64,000 bases of DNA from a virus. Where the stretch lies: positions 6,872 through 70,871 of IMG/VR virus record IMGVR_UViG_3300042691_022081; one strand, 5' to 3'. This document shows positions 38,206 through 48,700 of this stretch, in pieces. The translations under genes were made by a program, and so were the position numbers. The notes beneath the pieces are model-generated. The model made no database searches. It saw only the letters and a list, made by a program, of their open reading frames with translations, and was not told the DNA's origin. How positions within the stretch are numbered: the first letter of the stretch is position 1; every line of letters starts with the position of its first letter.

Positions 38206-38978
38206 TTATTCCTCGCATAACTTTTTAAAACATTAATTTCTTCAAAAATTTTATTTCTTATCTCTAAATCACTATCAGGCCTGTTGCTGTAAGCATCAAT
38301 TATTCCTTGCGCTCTTTTAAATCCGTCTATAGTATAAAACCATGAATTTGCAATTTCTTCAACACTTATATTTTCTGTATGAAAAAATGTAGAATCTTTA
38401 AAGTACCAAACGTTATCATCGCAGAAATGATTTATAAGTAAATGACTTGGTTTATAAAACGGCAAATTTAATTCTTTACAAGTTTTCCATAAAGAAAAAT
38501 AGTTATCAACTATTGTAGTAATATAAAAATTAAAGTCATCAATAACATTATCACTGTACATCATTATCTTAAACAAATTGTAAGGAGCAGGAAACCCTAC
38601 ATTGTTGTATGAACTTTTAAAATGTGTGAATATGTAATGATCTTTTATTTCAAATTTATTTAACGCTGGTAATACATTACTATCACAAACATTATAAATT
38701 TTTTGATAGTTAATTAATGCGTTCATCTTATCTAAACTATACTGTTGCAGACAATGCATATCGCCATATAAATTGATATGATTGACATATTTGTAACTTA
38801 TTGTATAAATGTTTTCATCATCTTGTTCCCAAATACAATAGTCTGGATAATCTTTATACATTGAAATTTTATTGTTTGAATCTCTAGGTTTATGGCCAAC
38901 AAAATTATCAAAAGAATTTATCCATTGCTCCCAATTAGAGCAAGTGTTGTTTAGAATTTCTGTAAGTTTGTTTACCAT
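38172..38978 (-). CDS. Hypothetical protein
   Basis: 268-aa ORF coupled to the upstream gene. Confidence 0.6.
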   Translation of the reverse strand: MVNKLTEILNNTCSNWEQWINSFDNFVGHKPRDSNNKISMYKDYPDYCIWEQDDENIYTISYKYVNHINLYGDMHCLQQYSLDKMNALINYQKIYNVCDSNVLPALNKFEIKDHYIFTHFKSSYNNVGFPAPYNLFKIMMYSDNVIDDFNFYITTIVDNYFSLWKTCKELNLPFYKPSHLLINHFCDDNVWYFKDSTFFHTENISVEEIANSWFYTIDGFKRAQGIIDAYSNRPDSDLEIRNKIFEEINVLKSYARNKCLSLQNVNQL

Positions 38979-39523
38979 GGTATTTTCTTTTTACTAATCT
39001 GTAAAATAAATCTTGGAGTTAGGCCTAAATTTACACTTCCATGAAGATCGTTGTCATTGTTATACTGCCATAAATCTCCAGCTGTGTAATCTTTTACAAA
39101 TTTTCCTTCGTGTATAAAAATGTGACCTTCAGTATAATCTATCAATGGCATCCAAATTCTAATGTTGTCGTTTTGATTATGCACTGTGTCCCTATGCATG
39201 GGCATGTATTGACCTGGCAATTGTTTTACAATCCACCAATCACCGTCAAGCAAATAATTTAATTCTTGCAAGTTTAACGGAAAAGGCAGATTTTCTTCTG
39301 TAAAAATTTCTGCCATAATTAATTTATTTCCGTAAATTCCGTCTTTAGAAAATAACGAGGCTTCGTCTTTAGTTGTAGCTGTTGTTTGTTCTATTATTAC
39401 ATCGTCTTCAATTTCAGATTCTTTATGATCTTTCCAAGGACTTATAGGAGTGCCTTTAGTTTCAATTAAAAGACTAATCCATTCTTGCTTTATAAGATGT
39501 TTATAATTCCCTAAGTATTTCAT
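38972..39523 (-). CDS. Short 2OG-Fe(II)/AspH-like oxygenase (tandem family)
   Basis: MKYLGNY start; PGQYMPMHRD...HGSVNLGLTPR. Confidence 0.75.
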   Translation of the reverse strand: MKYLGNYKHLIKQEWISLLIETKGTPISPWKDHKESEIEDDVIIEQTTATTKDEASLFSKDGIYGNKLIMAEIFTEENLPFPLNLQELNYLLDGDWWIVKQLPGQYMPMHRDTVHNQNDNIRIWMPLIDYTEGHIFIHEGKFVKDYTAGDLWQYNNDNDLHGSVNLGLTPRFILQISKKKIPW

Positions 39524-40310
39524 ATAAATGGTCAGCATATTTGTTGTGTGCTGTGATGTCAGGATGTCCCCATGCATGTCTTATAGTTGAAAAATCGTCT
39601 AAATGTTTGTTAGTAAGGAATCCTTTACTACAATCTTCATAAATTTCTTTTAACAATTCAATGTTTGTTTTTACATCATAAGACATAGCAGGAACTAAAT
39701 GCAAATTAAAAAATTGTTTTACATTCTTAAATGCCTGTAGATTTTTTATACCGTCCCATAAAATCCTATCGTCAGTAAACCAATCAATTAACGCCTCATC
39801 CGTTCTTGCATTAATTACAGGTTTATAATCTCCCGTATCTGCTACGCCAATTAGACTTTTTGTTGGCCACATTAGAGAAGGAAGTTGGAAGGCTTCTATT
39901 GTTTTGTTTATGTAGGCATTTCTAGTAAGCTGAGTCAAACTTATAATAATAGTATCTTGTTTTGTAATGTTACCTTTATAAATTTCTTCATACAATTGAA
40001 ATAACATCTTGTCTAAGCTATTACCGCTTTCAGCAAGATTTACACATTCATAATTTAATTTGTCAGCTAATTGTTGAGGCCAAGCAATTTTTTTTTGTCT
40101 ATCTCTAATTTGTTCGTATGCTTCTAATAAATTTTCTTCTTTTAATTTATTAAAAAATTTTTTAGGATGAGTTAGTTTATGTTTTTGACTTTTTTGATCA
40201 ACGTGTAAATCCTGCAAACATCGGTAGACGTCTACAGCACCTAATTCATGCATTAATAATTCTTCCCCTGTTGCATAACTGCAACCAAAAACAAATAACT
40301 TAGTGGTCAT
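39501..40310 (-). CDS. SGNH/GDSL-like protein
   Basis: FVFGCSY block I, WP...NLAESGNS and C-terminal GHP. Confidence 0.65.
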   Translation of the reverse strand: MTTKLFVFGCSYATGEELLMHELGAVDVYRCLQDLHVDQKSQKHKLTHPKKFFNKLKEENLLEAYEQIRDRQKKIAWPQQLADKLNYECVNLAESGNSLDKMLFQLYEEIYKGNITKQDTIIISLTQLTRNAYINKTIEAFQLPSLMWPTKSLIGVADTGDYKPVINARTDEALIDWFTDDRILWDGIKNLQAFKNVKQFFNLHLVPAMSYDVKTNIELLKEIYEDCSKGFLTNKHLDDFSTIRHAWGHPDITAHNKYADHLYEILREL

Positions 40311-40854
40311 ATAGTGTAAACTGAAAAGTAATTCTAGTACTGAGTCCAATATTGGCCGCACCATGAGTAGCAAATGGATCTGTAAATTCAAAAACATCTC
40401 CTGCTTTATACGGAGCAATGAGATTATCTTGATAGATTAATATATGGCCTTCTTCGTAATCTTTCCAGCTCATCCAATATCTTTTACAGTTTTTTTCAAA
40501 TTTAGTGGTCTTGTCGCTGTGTATAGGAAGTACGTGCCCTGGGTGATATTTAAACAGATTAAAATAAGTTCCTGTCGTTGATTTGTCGTAATTAGTTACC
40601 CAAGGTGGGATTCCTATATCAAAAGGAAAATTACTAGCGTCAAAAATATAATACATTAGAGAATTTAAATCATACCCTGCTTCAACATATTTTTTTTGAT
40701 ACTCACAAAATTCTGCACGTTCACCTTTTTCTATTGCATCAAGAATATTGTTTTGATCAAACTCATATTTAGGCTGTGGTAGTCCCTCGTTATTGAGTAC
40801 GTGTTGGATCCATTCGTCTTGAATCCAATTTCTATAATTGCCTATAAATTTCAT
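40300..40854 (-). CDS. Short 2OG-Fe(II)/AspH-like oxygenase (tandem family)
   Basis: MKFIGNY; PGHVLPIHSD...HGAANIGLSTR. Confidence 0.75.
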   Translation of the reverse strand: MKFIGNYRNWIQDEWIQHVLNNEGLPQPKYEFDQNNILDAIEKGERAEFCEYQKKYVEAGYDLNSLMYYIFDASNFPFDIGIPPWVTNYDKSTTGTYFNLFKYHPGHVLPIHSDKTTKFEKNCKRYWMSWKDYEEGHILIYQDNLIAPYKAGDVFEFTDPFATHGAANIGLSTRITFQFTLYDH

Positions 40855-41378
40855 TATTCTTCCTCATACAATGTTACTTGTAAAATAATTCTTGGAACTA
40901 AACCAATATTTGCAGCACCGTGCAGAGCTTGGGCATTTTCATAAACATATATGTCGCCTTTTTTATAATTTGTAATTATAGTATCTTCATATTTAAAGAT
41001 ATGTCCGATGACCCAATCTTGTAAAGGAATCCAAAAACGTTGTGCATTCTTCTGTACTGTTGTATGGGGATCAATATGCATTGGCATAAAATCTCCTGGC
41101 ATCATCTTTGTTGCCCACCAGTGTCTAGCTCTGCCGCATTTATGAAATGTAGGAATTTCTATAGGTGAATTAGTTTCATCAAACATTTGAAAGTAGCAGC
41201 CATTAGGATCATAACCTGCATCAATGGCTTTCTGCCATTCAGATTCGCCCTCAGGTCCTTTAGGTTTACCTCCATCGCGTGGACGATACATACCTTCGGC
41301 ATTTAAAAAAGCATCATACCACGAGTCGATGTCTTTTTCTGTGATACCCATATCTGTTACATTTAAAAGATACTTCAT
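40854..41378 (-). CDS. Short 2OG-Fe(II)/AspH-like oxygenase (tandem family)
   Basis: PGDFMPMHID...HGAANIGLVPR. Confidence 0.75.
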   Translation of the reverse strand: MKYLLNVTDMGITEKDIDSWYDAFLNAEGMYRPRDGGKPKGPEGESEWQKAIDAGYDPNGCYFQMFDETNSPIEIPTFHKCGRARHWWATKMMPGDFMPMHIDPHTTVQKNAQRFWIPLQDWVIGHIFKYEDTIITNYKKGDIYVYENAQALHGAANIGLVPRIILQVTLYEEE

Positions 41379-41926
41379 TATCTATTCCTATATTTGGTAT
41401 GATATGTACTAACCTGTAAAATAATTCTAGGTGTGCTTCCTAAATTTATTGCTCCGTGCCAAGCCTGTGCTTCGTCATACAGATACAAATCTCCTTTTTT
41501 ATACTTAGTCACTATAGTATCCTCGTATAAAAAGATATGTCCAGGATCATAATCTGATAATGGTATCCAATATCTTTTAGTGTTGATGTCCCCGCCTCTA
41601 AGATTATCCTTATGAACTGGAATATATTGTCCTGGATACATTTTAGTAACCCACCATTCAAACAACTCGTCTGTTATCCAAGGAGGATCGATATCAAAAC
41701 TTAAAAGACCGTCTTCTAGTAATTGAAAATGAATTCCATCAGTTCCGTAAGTTTCGTATATTGCACGTTCAGTTGGGTGCATCTGATCACGTTCGCCTTT
41801 ATCAATTTCACTTAACATTTGATTGTTTACGAAAAGATCTCTGGGAACGCTCATACCTGGTGTGGAAAGAATTTCTTCAATCCATTCGTCTTTAATCCAG
41901 TCTGCTACATTATCAATCACACGCAT
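41378..41926 (-). CDS. Short 2OG-Fe(II)/AspH-like oxygenase (tandem family)
   Basis: PGQYIPVHKD...WHGAINLGSTPR. Confidence 0.75.
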   Translation of the reverse strand: MRVIDNVADWIKDEWIEEILSTPGMSVPRDLFVNNQMLSEIDKGERDQMHPTERAIYETYGTDGIHFQLLEDGLLSFDIDPPWITDELFEWWVTKMYPGQYIPVHKDNLRGGDINTKRYWIPLSDYDPGHIFLYEDTIVTKYKKGDLYLYDEAQAWHGAINLGSTPRIILQVSTYHTKYRNR

Positions 41927-42617
41927 TAATATTTCTCGATGGTTTGTAATCTGTTATTTGTAATATACATCTCGGTGTTTTTCCAATATTAAATGCACCG
42001 TGCCATGATCCTGCATAATCAAATTCATAAACATCGCCTACCTTATAATTTGATATTTCAGTGTCACCAATTACAAATACATGTCCTGGTTCGTAAGGAG
42101 TCCAAGGCATCCAATATTTGTGTATTTCCTTTTGTGGCTGAGCCCTGTCTATGTGCATAGGCATAATATTTCCAGGTTTCATTTTACTAAACCACCAGGT
42201 TATATGTTTATCTTTATAATCTAAAAATGGAGGAGGGTTTTGCAATATATCAAAACTAACATCAAATTTTTCTAATAGACTAAAATGTGTTCCAAAAACA
42301 TCATACCCTGCTCTAGTATACATTTTGTATTCTTCGTCTAAATCTAAATCTGGATCTAGATAACTAACATACATTCTAGCATGTCTTACATTTATATCAT
42401 TAGAGTCCATGCGTTTTAATTCGTCTACAATTTCTAAGTACTCTAATTTGCTATGTACTTTTGTGACATCGCCGTCTAGATATTTGTATAATATAGGATT
42501 AAAACGTGCTTCATTCCTTAAACTGTGCTTCGGCATATCAAACCCTGGTTTGTTTAGCACTTCATCTAACCACTCTGGTTTTATCCAATCACGAAAGTTA
42601 CCTATATATTTTATCAT
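41913..42617 (-). CDS. Short 2OG-Fe(II)/AspH-like oxygenase (tandem family)
   Basis: MIKYIGNF; PGNIMPMHID...WHGAFNIGKTPR. Confidence 0.75.
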   Translation of the reverse strand: MIKYIGNFRDWIKPEWLDEVLNKPGFDMPKHSLRNEARFNPILYKYLDGDVTKVHSKLEYLEIVDELKRMDSNDINVRHARMYVSYLDPDLDLDEEYKMYTRAGYDVFGTHFSLLEKFDVSFDILQNPPPFLDYKDKHITWWFSKMKPGNIMPMHIDRAQPQKEIHKYWMPWTPYEPGHVFVIGDTEISNYKVGDVYEFDYAGSWHGAFNIGKTPRCILQITDYKPSRNINACD

Positions 42618-43345
42618 AATATCCAAGCCCTTTGCCAGGAAGTTTCTCCAACAGGCGGATAATTTTTATATATTTTACATTCTAATTTGTTAAAATCTAC
42701 ATTTTCTCTATTAACTAATCCTTTGTAGAGAAGGTCTTCGATAATGTAATGATTTATAGTGCTAAAATGATTGTGTCTAGGATCACCAGCGTTTTCTAAC
42801 ATCCAATTTATACTTTCATCATATGTACCAGGAAATTCAGCCATACTTAAATCTAATAATGCTCCTTTAGATTGTATCCAGCCTTCTGGAAGATCAAAAG
42901 AACCTATATCCCATGCGTTTACAATAATAGGTTTATGTTTAAGATGTTTTGTGAAATTAGACATACCCCACATCCACATTATAAATTGTTGGAGTAATAC
43001 TTGCTCATCATGAATGTAATCCATATGGAATTGATAGCCTTCTTTCTGTTTTTTTGTTAAAGCTATCCAGTCTGGACAATCTTTCCAATACTCTGCTAAA
43101 CCTGGTTTAGTTTTGTCAAGTAAAGCTCTTCCTAATGTTGTTGTTTGAAATATAACATAATCATCTGCTCCAAAAAAATCTTTTTTTAGTGAAGATTCAT
43201 ACATCATCCAAGCTAAAGAACTTCCTCCTTTAGCAGTTATTTCTAAGGTAGCTTCTAGCCGTTGTGCTAATAAGTTGGTCCAAGAGACAACGTTACTGTC
43301 TCTGCCCGTTGAAAAGGAGTCGCCAAATATCCATAATTTTTTCAT
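42614..43345 (-). CDS. SGNH/GDSL-like protein
   Basis: WIFGDSFS, AKGGSS and DPRHNH motifs. Confidence 0.7.
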   Translation of the reverse strand: MKKLWIFGDSFSTGRDSNVVSWTNLLAQRLEATLEITAKGGSSLAWMMYESSLKKDFFGADDYVIFQTTTLGRALLDKTKPGLAEYWKDCPDWIALTKKQKEGYQFHMDYIHDEQVLLQQFIMWMWGMSNFTKHLKHKPIIVNAWDIGSFDLPEGWIQSKGALLDLSMAEFPGTYDESINWMLENAGDPRHNHFSTINHYIIEDLLYKGLVNRENVDFNKLECKIYKNYPPVGETSWQRAWIL

Positions 43346-43926
43346 TTTATTCCTATATCAGGAGTAAATCTTACAGCCAATACTACTCTTGTTTTATTGC
43401 TGTAGTTTTTAACCTGATGCGGGATATTTATCTGTACTATAGTTGGTTCTAAGATATTTGCGGAACTTTTAAGTTTACGTTCGCCTAACCATTCAGGTCT
43501 AAGATGTTGCATTTCATCTGCAACAAATTGAGAATCTGTATTTGGCTTGTCTTGTCTTTCTTTTGGAATGTAGTTTCCTTCATACCACTCCATAACAAAA
43601 TTTTCATAATTTTTAATAGGGATGTTAAGAGAATAACAACAGGCATCTGGTCTTGGAGGATTAAACCCGTCTATATGTTCTTTAAGTAAATTACCACTAC
43701 ACAGTCCGCCTAAGACAGCAACTTTAATCTTATGATTTAAGCCTGTAAAACGATTTACATCTGTGATAATTTGTTCTTCAATCCATTTAACTTCGTCACT
43801 GTTATTTTCAAAGACAATAAGTTCTTGTCCAACTATATTATCATCTATATAATCAGCGTATCGGTTTTTAAGTTGATTCCAATTTGTTAAATTAAATTTA
43901 CTGTGAGTAAGATCAATTGTACTCAA
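43342..43926 (-). CDS. 2OG-Fe(II)/cupin-like oxygenase
   Basis: EHIDG...SLNIPI...IPHQV.N...R; likely TTG start at 43926. Confidence 0.65.
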   Translation of the reverse strand: MSTIDLTHSKFNLTNWNQLKNRYADYIDDNIVGQELIVFENNSDEVKWIEEQIITDVNRFTGLNHKIKVAVLGGLCSGNLLKEHIDGFNPPRPDACCYSLNIPIKNYENFVMEWYEGNYIPKERQDKPNTDSQFVADEMQHLRPEWLGERKLKSSANILEPTIVQINIPHQVKNYSNKTRVVLAVRFTPDIGIK

Positions 43927-44590
43927 CGATTGGAACTTCTTGTCTAGGATTGGTTGGATAAATGATGTCGTGTTCAAGCTGGTGAACTCTTCTTGACATG
44001 TTAGGTGCTTTAATACCAATGCCCATAATTAGCAAAGGATCGCCTTCCATGTTTAAGGCCTCTTTTAATTTATCGTGTTGTATACTGATACAACAGCCTG
44101 TTTCGTAACCTAACAGCCCAGCTGTTAAATTTAAGTAACCTGATGAAATACCTAAAGCAACTTGAGAATCAAACTCACGTGCTGTGTCATTTATTCTTTT
44201 TTCTTTAAAATATTCTTCTGGGTGATAATATTTTTCAAAAACAACTACAATGTTAGCAAGAGCTTGTGACTGTGTAGCATCGCCCATGTCGTATAGGTGA
44301 TCATCTTCTCTTGGGTTTGGATCTACAACTTTTTTACCATTTTCTATACGGTAAGGAGCGCCATGAGTGCAAGCATGAACTTTTTCAATAGTTTCTCTAT
44401 CCTGGATCCAATGTATTTTGTAAAAAGCAACATTCTGTAAACTAGGTGCTTGTGTTGTTGCAAACTTCATAAGATCAATATGTTCTTGTGGGATTTCTTT
44501 TTCTAAATCCCAATTTCTAAAACAATGCTGGCTTTTAAGGATTGCTTTTTCAATTTCTTTAAAACTAACGTTAATTGTGTCGTCAATCAT
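43913..44590 (-). CDS. Nitroreductase-family flavoprotein
   Basis: HCFRNWD...APSLQN...GISSGYLNLTAGLLGYETGC...IMGIG. Confidence 0.8.
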   Translation of the reverse strand: MIDDTINVSFKEIEKAILKSQHCFRNWDLEKEIPQEHIDLMKFATTQAPSLQNVAFYKIHWIQDRETIEKVHACTHGAPYRIENGKKVVDPNPREDDHLYDMGDATQSQALANIVVVFEKYYHPEEYFKEKRINDTAREFDSQVALGISSGYLNLTAGLLGYETGCCISIQHDKLKEALNMEGDPLLIMGIGIKAPNMSRRVHQLEHDIIYPTNPRQEVPIVEYN

Positions 44591-44614
44591 GGTTTTCTCC
44601 GATACTATGTATAT

Positions 44615-45049
44615 TTAGCTACTTAAAATTTCATTTAAGTATTTTGAATCCCAAAATGAGTAATAATTGGTGTTTTTTAAACGCATACGGGCTTTTTCTA
44701 AATTATCCCTATACTGGCATAAAATTAGATTAAATTTTCCATTGTTTGTATTAACTCCGTTGATAAAAGTTTCTCGATTTTTAGGATCTGGTAAAAACAC
44801 CATAGTTGGGTATATTTTACTATATTCTGTTGCAATACTAATAACTTCAAAATCAGAATATTCATCAGGAAGTTTGTAAATTATAAGTTCAAAGTCCCAG
44901 GGCGGCGGGTCTATATCACTCCCGTCAGTTTCTACTATTTCGTATTCTATTCCCTTTGCATACGGACAAACACTTAATCCTCCTAGTTCTGGTCTAGGAA
45001 TAGTTAAACTATCAATCCAATATTTTAAATCTATACTCATATAGTCCAA
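44615..45049 (-). CDS. Hypothetical protein (DUF1415-like)
   Basis: LGGLSVCPYA motif; C-terminal LEKARMRLKNTNYYSFW. Confidence 0.55.
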   Translation of the reverse strand: MDYMSIDLKYWIDSLTIPRPELGGLSVCPYAKGIEYEIVETDGSDIDPPPWDFELIIYKLPDEYSDFEVISIATEYSKIYPTMVFLPDPKNRETFINGVNTNNGKFNLILCQYRDNLEKARMRLKNTNYYSFWDSKYLNEILSS

Positions 45050-46248
45050 TCCTGATTAATATGCCAAGTTGGTTTTTGTAGTTGTGTAATCGAAGTTCTT
45101 TGTAAATTTTTTCCAAAATGGATTGTATTGTAAAACCCTTTACAACTACGACTATTAAAAAGGACATAGAAGTCATCAGGTGTGTTAGCTAACATTTCAT
45201 TTTCTTTTGCCATTCTATACTGTAAACTTAAAAAAGCACTTGTGCCTTCGTAACAAAAAATATTGCTGAGATTTATTATTGTTTTTCCTCTATTTTTTAG
45301 AATAATATCAGAATAATTACAAATACCTAATAGATCAATTTTAACAAAATGATAGCTAACATTATCTATTTTTGGAGCATGGATTTTCCAGTAGTCTAAG
45401 GCTTTTACATTGTAATCATAATAAATCACTGTTACAGGTTTTTGTTTATCTATGTAATTAACAAACCAATTACCGCTAGCAGGAGTAATAACACATTCAA
45501 AATCATTTTCTAATATTTCAATATGTTCAGTATGGGAAGTGTGAACATGTTCCTCCATGCAATATTTTTCTCTTGCATACACCCACGAAACATGTTTTAA
45601 AAACTCAGATTGATTGTCAGGGTAATAATACTTTTTATTATGCCTAAATTCATCTTGAAAAACTTGTACTGGCAAATCTTTTTCAAAAGCTAATGATAAT
45701 ATATTCCATCCATGTAATTTATGATGAAAGGTTTTATAGTCATCTCCGCCGCTTATCCATAAAGGAGTATAGTCGTCATGGATGTTTTCAAAACTTCTCT
45801 GTGGAATACATTGTCTATGATAGGCACCCAATTCTTGCTGTCCAATTTCTGGTTGTCCTAGGTCATTATAAGTCAACAAATTTATGATGTAACATTGATG
45901 ATGCAATTCATAGTATGCTTCCTTTCTGTCAAGAATATGCCCTGTAATAAAGAAGTCTGAATGACATAATACTTCTACAGCCTTAAAAAAATTGTCACCG
46001 TTGATAAAATCAGTACCAGTGCTTAGTACAACTGCAATTGAATATTTTTTATCAACAGCAAATTTAAGCAAAGAATCTTCATCCAATCCAACTAAAACGC
46101 TGTAACCTTTAGACCAAATATTGCTTATGTTAAAATCGGAAATGTTTTTTATTATCTCTCTAGTCCAATTATTTTGGTAAGTACCTGTTTTGTCTACAAT
46201 AATGTAAACTATTTGACTATTGGTAGATTGATAATAAATCGTATTCAT
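45037..46248 (-). CDS. Hypothetical protein
   Basis: 403-aa ORF; GHILDR...YYELHHQCY. Confidence 0.65.
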   Translation of the reverse strand: MNTIYYQSTNSQIVYIIVDKTGTYQNNWTREIIKNISDFNISNIWSKGYSVLVGLDEDSLLKFAVDKKYSIAVVLSTGTDFINGDNFFKAVEVLCHSDFFITGHILDRKEAYYELHHQCYIINLLTYNDLGQPEIGQQELGAYHRQCIPQRSFENIHDDYTPLWISGGDDYKTFHHKLHGWNILSLAFEKDLPVQVFQDEFRHNKKYYYPDNQSEFLKHVSWVYAREKYCMEEHVHTSHTEHIEILENDFECVITPASGNWFVNYIDKQKPVTVIYYDYNVKALDYWKIHAPKIDNVSYHFVKIDLLGICNYSDIILKNRGKTIINLSNIFCYEGTSAFLSLQYRMAKENEMLANTPDDFYVLFNSRSCKGFYNTIHFGKNLQRTSITQLQKPTWHINQDWTI

Positions 46249-46322
46249 GAATTTCTAACTGACATCAGGGTGCCTATAAATATAGATGATATTTATGCAC
46301 CTTTCTTTCTAGATAGAAAATT

Positions 46323-47639
46323 TTGAAAAACTTTTGTTTGTTTCCATTTACATCTTTGTACAGTATGAACAACGGCGATTACAGAGCCTGTTGTCATAGT
46401 GAACCAGGTATACCATCTGATAAAAACTTGGCAGTACCTGTCAATTTTATCAAGGATCCTGTGAAAGAAGTTTGGAACAACAATTATTATAGACAATTAA
46501 GATTAGACTTAATTAACGGTGTTCAAAATCCAACTTGCTCAAAATGTTGGCAGATGGAGTCAAACGGAGAATTTTCATTTAGACAAAAAAGTATATCTAA
46601 TATAAGTGAGGAAAGGTACAATAGTTTTGTAGATGATGCTGTTAAAAACAACGGTGCTTTATCAACAATGCCAGATAAGTTATTGCAAATTAAAATTGGT
46701 AATTTGTGTAATTTAAAATGTATAATGTGTAACCAAGCTTCTAGCAGTCTTATACAAAAAGAAGTAGATGATTGGAAAAAGCATGGAGAAAAATTACCTA
46801 CATGGTTACAATGGATTGATGATTGGGAGATAGACTGGACTGGGTTTGACGAAAGTACTGACTTAGAAAATTTATATCAAAATTTAAAGGATGCCTTGTT
46901 AAACGTAGAAGAATTGCAATTTGTTGGCGGCGAACCTTTAGTTAATCCAATGGTTCCAATATTGCTAGAAAATTTAATTAATGAGAATGCGGCCGACCGT
47001 ATTAAGATTTATTTTATAACTAACTTAACCAAGTTGACAGACAAAATGGTTAATAGTCTGTTACAATTTAAGACAGTTACTATTAGCACAAGTTGGGATC
47101 ATGTAAATCCTGAAAAATTTAGATTTATAAGATATCCTGCTAGTTATGAACAATTTAGAAATAATATTGATAAGTTGTTAGCCAATGAAAAAATAAATCC
47201 AGTGGTTTCTTTTACTGTGAATATTTTTAACATTTTTGATATTGAACAAATAATTGATGAATTTGAAAAAATAAGTCAAACTAGAAATCGGTATATCATT
47301 AATATGCAATATGTTGAAAACCCAACTTACTTTTCAATAAGATATCTAGAGCCAGAACAAAAGAAACAAGTTATAGATTTAATTGAAAAGTATTTAGAAA
47401 AAACAAAAAATTACAAAGTATGGTTGGATAACCCTTCTTTTTATGAAATGATAAAATCTATTAAACAGATGTTAGAAACTCCTAATGTAGTAGACTTTAG
47501 GGGAAAATATATTTTAAATGATAATAATACATCATTTGATTTTGTTGTTAAGGAAAGAACTAGGGTGTTACAAATGTATGATAAAATTAGAGGAACGAAT
47601 TATAAAACTCTGTTTCCATTTATAAAAGATTATGAATAA
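46323..47639 (+). CDS. Twitch-domain radical SAM protein
   Basis: FCLFPF...ACC...CSKCW; GNLCNLKCIMC; VGGEPL. Confidence 0.88.
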   Translation: MKNFCLFPFTSLYSMNNGDYRACCHSEPGIPSDKNLAVPVNFIKDPVKEVWNNNYYRQLRLDLINGVQNPTCSKCWQMESNGEFSFRQKSISNISEERYNSFVDDAVKNNGALSTMPDKLLQIKIGNLCNLKCIMCNQASSSLIQKEVDDWKKHGEKLPTWLQWIDDWEIDWTGFDESTDLENLYQNLKDALLNVEELQFVGGEPLVNPMVPILLENLINENAADRIKIYFITNLTKLTDKMVNSLLQFKTVTISTSWDHVNPEKFRFIRYPASYEQFRNNIDKLLANEKINPVVSFTVNIFNIFDIEQIIDEFEKISQTRNRYIINMQYVENPTYFSIRYLEPEQKKQVIDLIEKYLEKTKNYKVWLDNPSFYEMIKSIKQMLETPNVVDFRGKYILNDNNTSFDFVVKERTRVLQMYDKIRGTNYKTLFPFIKDYE

Positions 47640-48700
47640 TGTTTAAATTTGAAGATATAAAACAAGTTCATTTAGAAATAACAAATAACTGTCAAGCAAG
47701 TTGCCCTATGTGTAACAGGAATATAGACGGCGGTTTGCCAAATCCTCATATTAAAATAAATGAATGGTCACTACAAGATTTTAAAGAAATAATGACTACT
47801 GAATTGTTAAATCAAATTCACAGTTACTATTACTGCGGAACGTTTGGTGATCCTATATTGAATAACAATTTAATTGACATGTGTGATTATTCTACAAAAG
47901 TTGCTCCTCATGTCAATGTTGCTATACATACTAACGGTGGAGCTCGTAGTAAATCATGGTGGACAAAATTAGCTCATGCACTACCAAAAGAACATAGAGT
48001 AGTTTTTGCATTAGACGGTTTAGAAGATACGCATCACTTATATAGAGTAGGAACAAAATTTGAAGATGTAATTGAAAATGCAAGAGCTTTTATTTTAGCG
48101 GGCGGAATAGCTGAATGGGTTTTTATAAAATTTAAACACAACGAGCATCAAGTTGATAAAGCTAGACAAATGTCAGTTGATCTAGGATTTAAATATTTTA
48201 CTTTGAAAAACAGCTCGCGTTTTATAATTGAACCAAAGCAACGAGTAGTTGATCGAGCAGGTAATGTTACTCATTATTTGGAACCAGCTACAGATACTCC
48301 TTTAGTTTTTATTGACAAGAAGGCTATCCAACAGTATAAAGAAATAGTCAATAGTTCGTCTATCTCTTGTAAAGCACAAGCAGATAGGGAAGTTTATATT
48401 GATGCCTATAAAGATTTTTATCCTTGTTGCTGGATGGCAAATACTCCTTACACATACATCCAGGATAACGAAGCTGCATCAATTAAGTATGAAATAAAAC
48501 GTCAGCATGATGAAATGATGTTTAGATTAGGCGAATCTAATCTTCTTAAACGATCTATAAAAGATATTGTAAATTCAAATGCATTTCAAACAATGTGGCA
48601 TGAGTATTGGAATGAAAACAAATTAATTGTATGTGCTAGAAGTTGTGGACGCAGTAATATAAACAATTATTCAAAATGCACAGACCAAGAGGTTAAATGA
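47639..48700 (+). CDS. Radical SAM / SPASM protein
   Basis: NCQASCPMC, GTFGDP and TNGG; C-terminal C...PCC...CARSC. Confidence 0.88.
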   Translation: MFKFEDIKQVHLEITNNCQASCPMCNRNIDGGLPNPHIKINEWSLQDFKEIMTTELLNQIHSYYYCGTFGDPILNNNLIDMCDYSTKVAPHVNVAIHTNGGARSKSWWTKLAHALPKEHRVVFALDGLEDTHHLYRVGTKFEDVIENARAFILAGGIAEWVFIKFKHNEHQVDKARQMSVDLGFKYFTLKNSSRFIIEPKQRVVDRAGNVTHYLEPATDTPLVFIDKKAIQQYKEIVNSSSISCKAQADREVYIDAYKDFYPCCWMANTPYTYIQDNEAASIKYEIKRQHDEMMFRLGESNLLKRSIKDIVNSNAFQTMWHEYWNENKLIVCARSCGRSNINNYSKCTDQEVK

